A DNA stretch of 64,000 nucleotides from Trypanosoma brucei (lineage: Eukaryota), in contig CP000070.1 in assembly GCA_000002445.1 (NCBI GenBank), positions 1,760,001 through 1,824,000 of the forward strand, read 5' to 3'. Under the pieces are notes generated by a model. It made no database searches. It was given only the letters and a program-made list of their open reading frames with translations, and had not been told where the DNA came from. The translations under genes and the position numbers were made by a program. Shown in pieces: positions 55,291 through 64,000 of the stretch (position 1 is its first letter; each line of letters begins with the position of its first letter).

Positions 55291-57376
55291 TGCGCTGTTG
55301 CCACCGATGCCCCTTCCCTTCGTTTCTCCTCAGTACAACACTGTTGTTGATTTTTATTGTGTGAGCACAACCGCTCGCTCAAGCGAATGAATGATGACGA
55401 TGACCGCAAAATGGAAGTGAGGCGGCAACGTATAATATATATATATATATATATATGTTATAAACAAGTGCCTCCTTCACTTGACGATGCACAAGTAGGA
55501 GTATAGAACCGAGGGATGTATGCGCGGGTGTGCCTTTTTTTTCTTTGTGTGTATTCGTGAGTGCACGTCTAACAAATGTAAGCGAAAATGAAACAAAGTT
55601 TCTAGTGCTCTACCTTTCTTTGTTTCGCTTCCTTCCTCTTTACTTATTGCTTTGTCCACCCGCACGTGTTTTCTAAGCCCTTCGGCACTCCTCTGTGTTT
55701 TCTCCGCAGCTCTGGCTGCGCTTCCGCACTAATATTATTCTCACCGGAGCCCTAAAAAAAAAACCCAAATATCTTAATTTGAACTACGTGTGCTCTATGC
55801 TCGAAAAAAAGAAGAGGAAATAACAATTATGTGTACCGTTATTCTTCACCCTTTATGTTTGTTTGTCCCTTCACTTTCCTCCTTCTCTCTCCTTCGTGTC
55901 TACTTCCTTCCTACTTTATTTATTTTGTTTGCTTGTCTGTCTTGCTTTTTTTTCTCTTCCTTTTCAATCTGTTCCTTCGCTGAGTTAATTCCCACTCCTT
56001 CGATCCCTAACCCAAATGTTGCTGTTTTTTTTTTCCTTGTTCTTGTTGCCTTGTCTTGCTTTTTGTTTCGTTTTCGGAGGGGGAGAGGGAAAAAAAAAAT
56101 GATTCTTCCTTGTGCCTTCGGCGAAAGAAATCTATTGAAATGCAGAAGGTTAAAAGGCAAAATAAGACAAAATAAGAGAGTCGGATGTGTCAAACAAGAA
56201 AAGAGGAAAGGCCACAAAAAGAGTGACGTTCAGTTACTGAATTCATGCACAATAATAATAACAATAATAACAATGATAATGATAATGATGATAACGGTGA
56301 TATAAAACATAATGAAAGGAAAGGGGAGAGAAAAGTGGGAAGAAGGCACATGAAGGAGAGTGCGACAAGAGGAAAAAAGAAAAAAAGAAAGTTTTCCCGA
56401 ACCCCTGAGGCATCATCAACATCACACTCATTTTTTTCATATATGTTTTTATATGCACACGCGCATGTCGTAACGCTGAATAACAAACGTAAATATGCTT
56501 GTTTGTTCATATTTAGTTCATATAAGAAATGGAAGGGTGAAAAGAAGAAACAAAAAGAATGCTGAAGTTCAACACCGTTCCCACCAATACTTGCGCCACA
56601 GTAAAACGAAACAAAGTGATTAAAAATGGTGAACAAAAAAGAGTTCACATATCAAAGCAGACCGATGATGATGAAAACAACAGCAGCGAAAAAAAAAAGG
56701 TGCAGAGTTACGGACTGGTGTAGCAAACAAAAGAATCTGGAAAGAAAGAAACACCGTGAAATGCGAGTAAAAGTTGCGACAATATCGTAAGAGCATGCAC
56801 ATGCGCACTTTCATATCTGCATTTGAGCACACACACACACAACATCGTAGAAAGACAAAGAGACCCATAAAATACAACAGTACATAGGCATACGAGCATA
56901 TACATGGATGTATATGTATACGTATACATGAATAAATATATGTATATACATAATATATATATCTACAGTCCTTTCTTTTATCTTTCTTTTTACTGGTTTA
57001 CGGGCGCATTCCCATGCACCCAAACATCCCGTTTCATGATACCAATTCTCCCCTTTTTTTTTTCATTACTTTCAGATGCCCAGCATTGAACACACATACA
57101 TACAAGTACATCATTCATATATACATATCTTCCTGTTTCTCTTGCTTCCTCACCAACGAATATATATATATATATATGTATATAACGCAGTGACTCAATC
57201 TGCTACGTTCTTCATCATTTTTTTTTGTCTTTCCTCCCTTCTTTCTAACTACTCTACCAATCCATCTCCTTTCTACTCTCCTTCTTCATGTAAAATATAA
57301 CGAAAAAAACAGAGGGAAACCAACACACAAAGTAACTAAACAAAAGCGGCATCGCTCCCATGTAGTTCTATTGGGC

Positions 57377-60300
57377 TTATGGACTCATTCGGAAACTGCT
57401 ATTGGGACTTACAGATGGAGGATGACGGCCACCAAGATGACGCAACTCCAAAGGCACAAGTACCCAGTTAGAACATAACTCGGCACCTCTCCGCGCCAAA
57501 ATGCATTGCTTCACGAAGAATGCCCTTCTCGGGAGACGCTTTGCGGAATGACGAAGGGTTCGTGCACGATTAGCTGAATAACGTAGAATTTGCTTCCTAA
57601 TTAGTGCACCCGAGAGCCGTGGAGGGCTGAAATCCCCCGAACCGCAGCTTTGAACTTTCTGTACATACCTCTTCACAACGTTCCGGCAGAATGCGAGGTT
57701 GGAAGGGCGACGTCCCAAAGTGCTCTGACACAGCCGATTAACGTTGCGCAGTAGACTCCGCTGAACGCATTTCGCCGTTGACGAGAGCGGCCGCCACGAC
57801 TGGGGTAGTCCCGATTCTTGCCATAAATTTTCATCGACGCCCACATCACCTAATGTGATGTTAATGCACGGCAAGGGCGAACACATTTTCAGGTTGCGGC
57901 CCACGGGGCGAAGAGCACTAGTACCTCTTCTGCGGGAAATGTCGTTTGAATGGCCACCCTCAGCACCCATGTTTACGTATGGCCGAGGTCGAACGACTGG
58001 ATTCGATTGGACAGACGACATTGTGCTGATAGGGTTGAAACACTTGAACATGTTCGGCTCAAGTACGGGACTTTCCGGAAGAACGGGCCCAGTGGCTGAT
58101 TTGGGGCGGTGAGCCAGGAGCATTCTGGAGAGAGACCGATAGTAGGCCTCCTCAGCTGGTCTCAGGTACGTCCGTGCGGTGGGAAAGCCCTCCGTCCCTA
58201 TGTCTAAAGTTACCCCGGGTTTTAACTTACGTTGGGGCAATTCGTGAGTACGAGCCAACTTACGCTGCAGCGGAAGTGGCTTATACGCACCGCGATGAGC
58301 AAATCCGGTGCCGGGGCCGCCTCCACCACTACCACCAGCACCGTAACCATAGCCAAAACTACCGTGGCCGGCGCGGGCATCACTGTGACCAGTGCCAGGA
58401 CCATAACCAACACTGCCGGGGCCAGTGCGCTCACTGTAACCAGTACCGCCGGCACCAACACTACCGGGGCCAGTGCGGGCATCACGGCCAGCCCGGGAAC
58501 CATAACCAAAACTGCCAGGAACAGTGCGGGCATCGCGGCCAGTGGCAGAACCATAACCAACACTGCCGGGGCCAGCGCGCTCACTGTAGCCAGTGCGCTC
58601 ACTGTAACCAGTACCGCCGGCACCAACACTGCCTCGTTCTCTCCCACGTCCAATGCCTGCGAAAATTTGTTCAGCCGTACGCGGGGTGAAGGTATAAGCA
58701 TGCAGCAGCCGCTGCTCCCGAGGCTCGTACTGATCCTCGTCGCCTTCTAACAGAGGTGTGCCAGGATCATACCAAGGTGTCCCACGCTGTTGAATAAAGG
58801 AGAAGTTCTGCTGCAACCCTGTGAACCTGGCTGGGGGCGCACGGTCCCTTTGCTTTACCTCAGGAATGTCGGTTAACAGGTCGACGCGAATCACCGAAGC
58901 CCGCCACGGAATACGCTGTACCCCACGCCGCGTAAGTGTCACGGGAGGCGGTGATCTCTCCCTTACATATCCCGAAGCCTCTGAAAGAAAGGGGACAAAT
59001 GTTGCACCACCGGTGCTCTCCGAAACCTTGGTATCCCTATCGTCGGAGCACGGAAGATCCGAAGTACCAGGGCCAAACTGGGGAGCATCCGTAATAGGTC
59101 CTCGAAGACTTCCAGGGGCGCTACGCTTGGCAGGGACTGCGGTCGGACGCGGTGCTGTATCAGGTGGAGTGTCCACTTTTTCCACTGCAGAACTAGAGAA
59201 CACACTCGAACCCCCTCCCACAGTCCCGTGCGAAGGTTGAATCGGGTGCGCTGTTCCGCCCTTTGACCACCGCCGCTTGGAGTCTGCCAACGAACCCGAG
59301 TCATGAGACTGAAAGCTCTTTGGTGAACTGCGGCCACCTCCACTCCTCGAAAGTTGAGAAGAGACCTTTCGACCCCTCGGCGACTGTGGTTGCACTTGAG
59401 CCGGCAAATCAGTTTTACCTCCCTGCTGATAGCGTTCATCTGAGGAAATATCACCAGACGATTCCCTTCCTCTAACTTGACCGGGTCCATGCCTGCTTGC
59501 CGGCTTCGCTGTGGTACGCACATCACCATCCCCTCCTGTAGCTGGTTGCTGCTGACCACCTGAGCCCCTCACCGGGCTCGCCTTTTGATTACTTGGCGAC
59601 GCCGCAGATCTGGTGCTTCCACCACCAACGCTCGTGACAGGAGAAGCAGCAGCAACAGCACGCACCTTTCTCGCCTGCTGAGCACCTTTCGCCTGCGGGG
59701 AACCGGTGTCGTCTGCCCTTCCCGGTGCACGTAACCCCTGTGACGCCCCTGTGCCCTTCGATGGAAACTTGGGGGCAGCACCACCTCGGGGGCTCCCGGG
59801 GGCCAAATTGTTTGACGAAGATAGGCTACTTCTCTCGCCCGTAGTATCGCTGGCGCTTCCTCCAGATGGCAACCTCCCGCGCACGTGACGCAGAAAATTC
59901 TCCAGTACTAGTGTGTCACTCAATACTACTTCTGACATGTGCTCCGTCAGTACGACGGTATTTGTGTTAGGCCCTGGTGCGCGGAACTTCACGGTCTTTG
60001 TTGAGTCCGTGCTGCCCCTTAGCGACAACGATTCCAACAGTTCATTTAGTGCAATGACAGACTGGTGCAGCAAGCCATAGTGACGAGCGAGTTCGGCGAC
60101 GTGATTGCCAACGCTTACCGACAAAGGACTCATCCGAGCCATAAGTTCCATCGTTTGAGAGAGTGAGCGTGTCTCCTGAGAGTTCTCGCGCTCACCATCG
60201 TCAGTAGTAGCCTCACCGCCGGCACCGGCAGAAGATCCCCGTCCTACTCCCAAAGGAGGCAGTGCATGTGAGCTCAAATCTCTCGTCGTAGCTGTCCCAC

Positions 60301-62269
60301 CTCGGGAAGTCTGCGAATGGCTCGCTGTCCTTCGCTCAGATGGAGTCTTCCTCCTCTCACGGATGTCTGCATCCTCAGCGGTCGTTAAGCTTCTCTTTGA
60401 AGCTGACGTCACCCTCCTCCTCCCAGTATCGCTGCTGCGCGTGCTTCCACCGGAGAAAGGCCGTTGCGAAGCATCATCGCGGCGCGACTGCTTTTCGGTG
60501 CGGGACTCACCGTGGGCCCCACGCCTCGTTGAGTCGCTACCAGCACTTGGGACACGAGCGTCTGTGTTGTCACTAGGGAGGAATGACAGATCCGAAGCCG
60601 CGCGTTCACCCGAGTGACCTGCCGCCCCCGATTTAGAGGCTGTTGCCTCTTTCGCCGGCCGTTTGGAAGTGCTCTTCTTTTTACTTTTTTCCGTCGTCCG
60701 TGTAGTTAGCGACTGTCTGGGCGATGATGTAGAACCGGTGTCTGGTCGCGGCAAACCCAGAGGAGAGAACAAATCCCCTTTTGTCTTAGGAGGTTGAGCG
60801 GCGCCACTCTGCCGACCTTTGCTAGACGGTGGTAACGCCGCATCGTCGACAGAAGTTGCCAATTTATCCCAGCTCACAGAAGCACGTGAGTCCCGTCCCG
60901 ATGTAACACTAGGCGGCAGCACGTTAGACTTCTTTTTTGACTTCGTCTTCGGAACCGCTTCCTCCGCAGAGGGCACGTCTTCCTCACTGTCTGAAAGAGT
61001 GGAATGAGATGCAATGAGAGGCGTTCGCTCAACAGAGCCCTCATCATCTGTGAAGACATCCCTCCTAGCCACGAGTTGAGCCGGAACCACGCTGGTAGGA
61101 GCGCCCTGAAGAGTGGCCCCATCAGCCGACTTCGGAGAGGCACGTCCCAAGGAAAGCCGGTCTTGCGTGCTATCGAATTTGGTGGAGCGCCCATCCCCGG
61201 TGGTAGGGACGGATTCGGTCTCCTCTTGTGTTCCCTCAGCAGGGGGGCCGACACATACATGCGATAACACAGCATCTTCCTTTGCCATGCACAGCGTTTC
61301 GTACGCCTCCGTCACCTCTTGTACATGTTTACGGTAGAGCGTGTGACGCATCATAATATATTTCTTTTCGTCCTCTAATTTCCTGATCTCCGACTCCAGT
61401 CCTAGCGTATAAAGTCGATGCTCTGCCTCAACTGAGTTCCCCTCAACGCCCTCCGCGATAATTTTGAGTGCTTCCGCGGAGTACTCGCCACCCTCGTGCA
61501 TCAGTTGCTGGTGAGGAAGGCGCCTCCCGTAACTAGCCATCCCGATCTGTCGCCGCAGGTTTGTAATGATGGTTTCCTTTAATGAAAGCGCAACAAGTCC
61601 CTCGGCCACACGGTTGTTTGAAATCTGAAGCTCCTCGTCCCGTTTCGCCATCCGATCTTCAAACATCCCTAACTCAGCCTTCAACCGGCTAATTTGTTGA
61701 CGCAACTGGTCCGCTGAGATATTCTGTCTAGCGATACTTTGATGCAACTGTGTATTGTTCTTCTCTAGTTCCAGGGAGCGCTTCTCAAGAACGTCATATG
61801 ATGCCTGCAGCTGCTCATACCGAGCGTTCGTTTCATTCAACTCCTGACAGCGCGTGTGGAGTTCCGCCCGAGTGCGCTCCAACACCAATTCCGTATTCAC
61901 GAAGCGAGTTTGCACCGACTCGAATAACTCAAAAGAAACGGAAATGGCGGGGATAGTGCTTGGCGGAGGTCCCTCTTCCCCGTAAAAGAGCGCCTTCATA
62001 GCGCCGTAACCCGGCTCTCCCATGGACTCCAGAATAACCCGGTAGCCCTCTCCGTATTCAATCGCGGCTTTGGCCTCAACGCTGATGGGCCGCTCGCTGC
62101 CAGCCGCCGCGCCATCGTTTGCGGCGGCGCCGGTGACTGACCCGATGCTGCTGGACGGGCTGCGATCCTCACCCAATGGGTTGGGTCGATGGAACCCTCC
62201 AGAGTGACCTGCAACAGCGGCATCGTTCATTTCTTTTGCCAAGATGGCTAACGCACAGACCGAATACAA
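57377..62269 (-). CDS. large hypothetical protein (1630 aa) with an N-terminal coiled coil, a central S/T-rich disordered region and a Gly/Tyr-rich degenerate repeat segment
   Basis: The long ORF has coiled-coil heptads near the N-terminus (LERTRAELHTRCQELNETNARYEQLQASYDVLEKRSLELEKNN). GY-rich repeats (GSVGYGS, GSFGYGS, TGYSERTG) are encoded at about 58250..58620. Confidence 0.6.
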   Translation of the reverse strand: MYSVCALAILAKEMNDAAVAGHSGGFHRPNPLGEDRSPSSSIGSVTGAAANDGAAAGSERPISVEAKAAIEYGEGYRVILESMGEPGYGAMKALFYGEEGPPPSTIPAISVSFELFESVQTRFVNTELVLERTRAELHTRCQELNETNARYEQLQASYDVLEKRSLELEKNNTQLHQSIARQNISADQLRQQISRLKAELGMFEDRMAKRDEELQISNNRVAEGLVALSLKETIITNLRRQIGMASYGRRLPHQQLMHEGGEYSAEALKIIAEGVEGNSVEAEHRLYTLGLESEIRKLEDEKKYIMMRHTLYRKHVQEVTEAYETLCMAKEDAVLSHVCVGPPAEGTQEETESVPTTGDGRSTKFDSTQDRLSLGRASPKSADGATLQGAPTSVVPAQLVARRDVFTDDEGSVERTPLIASHSTLSDSEEDVPSAEEAVPKTKSKKKSNVLPPSVTSGRDSRASVSWDKLATSVDDAALPPSSKGRQSGAAQPPKTKGDLFSPLGLPRPDTGSTSSPRQSLTTRTTEKSKKKSTSKRPAKEATASKSGAAGHSGERAASDLSFLPSDNTDARVPSAGSDSTRRGAHGESRTEKQSRRDDASQRPFSGGSTRSSDTGRRRVTSASKRSLTTAEDADIRERRKTPSERRTASHSQTSRGGTATTRDLSSHALPPLGVGRGSSAGAGGEATTDDGERENSQETRSLSQTMELMARMSPLSVSVGNHVAELARHYGLLHQSVIALNELLESLSLRGSTDSTKTVKFRAPGPNTNTVVLTEHMSEVVLSDTLVLENFLRHVRGRLPSGGSASDTTGERSSLSSSNNLAPGSPRGGAAPKFPSKGTGASQGLRAPGRADDTGSPQAKGAQQARKVRAVAAASPVTSVGGGSTRSAASPSNQKASPVRGSGGQQQPATGGDGDVRTTAKPASRHGPGQVRGRESSGDISSDERYQQGGKTDLPAQVQPQSPRGRKVSSQLSRSGGGRSSPKSFQSHDSGSLADSKRRWSKGGTAHPIQPSHGTVGGGSSVFSSSAVEKVDTPPDTAPRPTAVPAKRSAPGSLRGPITDAPQFGPGTSDLPCSDDRDTKVSESTGGATFVPFLSEASGYVRERSPPPVTLTRRGVQRIPWRASVIRVDLLTDIPEVKQRDRAPPARFTGLQQNFSFIQQRGTPWYDPGTPLLEGDEDQYEPREQRLLHAYTFTPRTAEQIFAGIGRGRERGSVGAGGTGYSERTGYSERAGPGSVGYGSATGRDARTVPGSFGYGSRAGRDARTGPGSVGAGGTGYSERTGPGSVGYGPGTGHSDARAGHGSFGYGYGAGGSGGGGPGTGFAHRGAYKPLPLQRKLARTHELPQRKLKPGVTLDIGTEGFPTARTYLRPAEEAYYRSLSRMLLAHRPKSATGPVLPESPVLEPNMFKCFNPISTMSSVQSNPVVRPRPYVNMGAEGGHSNDISRRRGTSALRPVGRNLKMCSPLPCINITLGDVGVDENLWQESGLPQSWRPLSSTAKCVQRSLLRNVNRLCQSTLGRRPSNLAFCRNVVKRYVQKVQSCGSGDFSPPRLSGALIRKQILRYSANRARTLRHSAKRLPRRAFFVKQCILARRGAELCSNWVLVPLELRHLGGRHPPSVSPNSSFRMSP

Positions 62270-63740
62270 CCAGAGCCAGGTAAACTATATGTTACCTGCT
62301 TCCCTTTTCGTTCCCCCCTTTTCTTTCCTTTTTAGTCACTTTCAGACCTGAATAGGAGGCAAGTAATGGCAAAATAATGTTTTTGCTTTGTAATGATGAT
62401 GATAATAATAATAATAACGGATGGAGAGAATGTCAGCACACAAAGGGCATCGATTTCGGTGCCACACACGTTCTTGTCTCCCTTCCCCCCTTTTTTCCTC
62501 CTTATCCCTGGGTCAAAAGGTGGAGAAAAGCAAAAACACCTTACATTTCCCCCCTTTCACCAAGTCCTTCTTATCACACCACAATGTGAACGTACGCGAG
62601 CACATTTGCAGCTGCTTCGTGCCTCACTTCCACCCACCTTACCGCTCCTTACGCACAACAGGAGCCAGAAAAGATTAAGTGAAAGGGGGACGAACTGAAT
62701 GTGGACTGATATTAAGGTCCAGCCCTGTTGGCATGAGTTACAGTCATAAATTTACAACCCACGACATGCAGGTGAAAGGGAGGAGGAAAAAAACAGAGAA
62801 GGAAAAAAAAGGTGAATCAAGCAGCAAAGAACACCAACTACCATTGCTCAATAGACCCCTGGTTGGAGAACCAATAGAGGTAGAATCTATGAGCACTGGC
62901 AATCAACATAAAATTATTCGCACACGCACGCACCTCCCCCCTCCCTCCCCCACCCCCTCCTCCCGCTAGCGCCATCACAGACCCAACGAAACAACAGCGC
63001 CCATTTGCGCACGCCGCAAGAACCTGCCATATTTCCCCCCTTCCTTTCCTCCACACCCTCACAGTGATGCGCCGCAAGGCAAGCACTTACGAAGCCCCAA
63101 ACCATCATCATTATCAGTCGTCACTTTAAAAGAAAAAAACAGCTACGACCATTCCCCCGCACACGGTGGTCTTTCCTCCCATTTCCTCATGCACACACAC
63201 ACACACACACAACAAAAGGCAGGCAAGTGCACTTCCCAATCGCGGCAAAAAGTAACGTAAACACGAAAAAAAACACGAAAAGGGAACGCTTTTCCTTTTG
63301 CCTTGGTGCTGCATTTCTCGAAAAGGTTTGGTAAGCCCGTGGGAAGAGAGAGTAAAGTGCGGTAACCGCACAATCAGCAACAAGCAAAGTAACATTTAAT
63401 GGAAAGAATGACAACAGCAATAACCATAATAATACAACGAAAAAAAAAAACAGGGAACCCGTCGGGAAGAGAAACACGGAATGCCTGAAAACTTGAAGAG
63501 GGATAACAAAAAAAAAAGGACGAACGAATTCCATGTAAACAGCCTCCGTAATAATAAAAACAATAAAGCCATCGCATGAACATGGAACACCGCGATTTTG
63601 GCAGGCAAAAAAAAAATGCCGAAGCATCAACAGTGAACAATCATGTAAAAAACGAGACGCATTCAAGACAAACAAAAAGAAAAGCAGTACCATACGTGTC
63701 TAAACAAATGTGGCACCGAGGCTGAAGCGTATATTGGTTC

Positions 63741-64000
63741 TCACACCGCATTGACACCCCCTTCTGCTAACAACTGTCGATACTTCGCTGTCGCGGGAAC
63801 TAATTGCTGAGGCACTGCCTCGTCGAAATGTGGCTGGCGAAGCAAGCAGCCGATGATGATCTCATACACTGCCATGAATTCTATTGCTTTTCGGCCCCTT
63901 CTCCCCCTACCTGCAACAACATTACCGTTACCACCACCACATTGCCCGTCCTTCGCGTGAGGGTTAGTGCCATTGATGCGCAAAGTAGATTCTTCCTCTT
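63741..64000 (-). CDS. C-terminal end of a further minus-strand gene (partial; it continues beyond the window)
   Basis: An ORF is open to the right window edge on the same strand as the polycistronic unit. Only about 85 codons are visible. Confidence 0.3.
   Translation of the reverse strand, partial: EEESTLRINGTNPHAKDGQCGGGNGNVVAGRGRRGRKAIEFMAVYEIIIGCLLRQPHFDEAVPQQLVPATAKYRQLLAEGGVNAV

Noticed and set aside
58174-58750. Plus-strand ORFs of 171-172 aa that are His/Gln/Arg-rich (58174..58689) or Thr/Ala-rich (58232..58750).
   Set aside because: They are antisense to the GY-rich degenerate repeat segment of the 1630-aa minus-strand gene. They are repeat-induced.

Overview
This window looks like African-trypanosome (Trypanosoma brucei-like) nuclear DNA crossing a core/subtelomere boundary. 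The evidence is unmistakable VSG genes with the conserved C-terminal/GPI-signal tails and 3'UTR element, 70-bp repeat blocks, and ingi/RIME retroelement sequence.

Layout, left to right:
1. A 5'-truncated hypothetical ORF on the + strand (2..1432).
2. One + strand member (G0, 2295..3089) of a secreted-protein family I cannot place, with its conserved 3' flank.
3. An internal fragment of an ingi retroposon (about 5530..6650, minus strand).
4. A silent VSG array on the + strand (about 7.1-23.3 kb): five VSG genes or pseudogenes, each preceded by a short 70-bp-repeat or TAA block.
5. A full-length (about 5.2 kb) but frameshifted ingi non-LTR retrotransposon on the minus strand (about 23.7-28.94 kb). 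It sits where + strand and minus-strand genes converge.
6. A unique GC-rich 2 kb stretch (28.94-30.9 kb).
7. A minus-strand gene array running to the end of the window. It holds six tandem paralogues (G1-G6, 32.0-44.5 kb) of the G0 family. G2 and G3 each carry about 2.4-2.5 kb of near-perfect 18-nt tandem repeats encoding (G-P-K-E-S/T-A)n. Upstream of these lie four housekeeping-type genes: an NBS1-like FHA-BRCT protein, an EEF1A-KMT1/Efm5-like methyltransferase with a long coiled-coil tail, a Ser-rich hypothetical, and a 1630-aa coiled-coil/disordered protein. A partial ORF sits at the right edge.

A conserved intergenic module (about 0.35-0.55 kb) follows every family gene. A roughly 0.8-0.9 kb inverted repeat (3.2-4.14 kb versus 30.9-31.7 kb) brackets the 26.8 kb VSG/ingi segment.

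I found no rRNA, tRNA or CRISPR-like features. All calls come from reading the sequence and ORF translations; no database search was possible.
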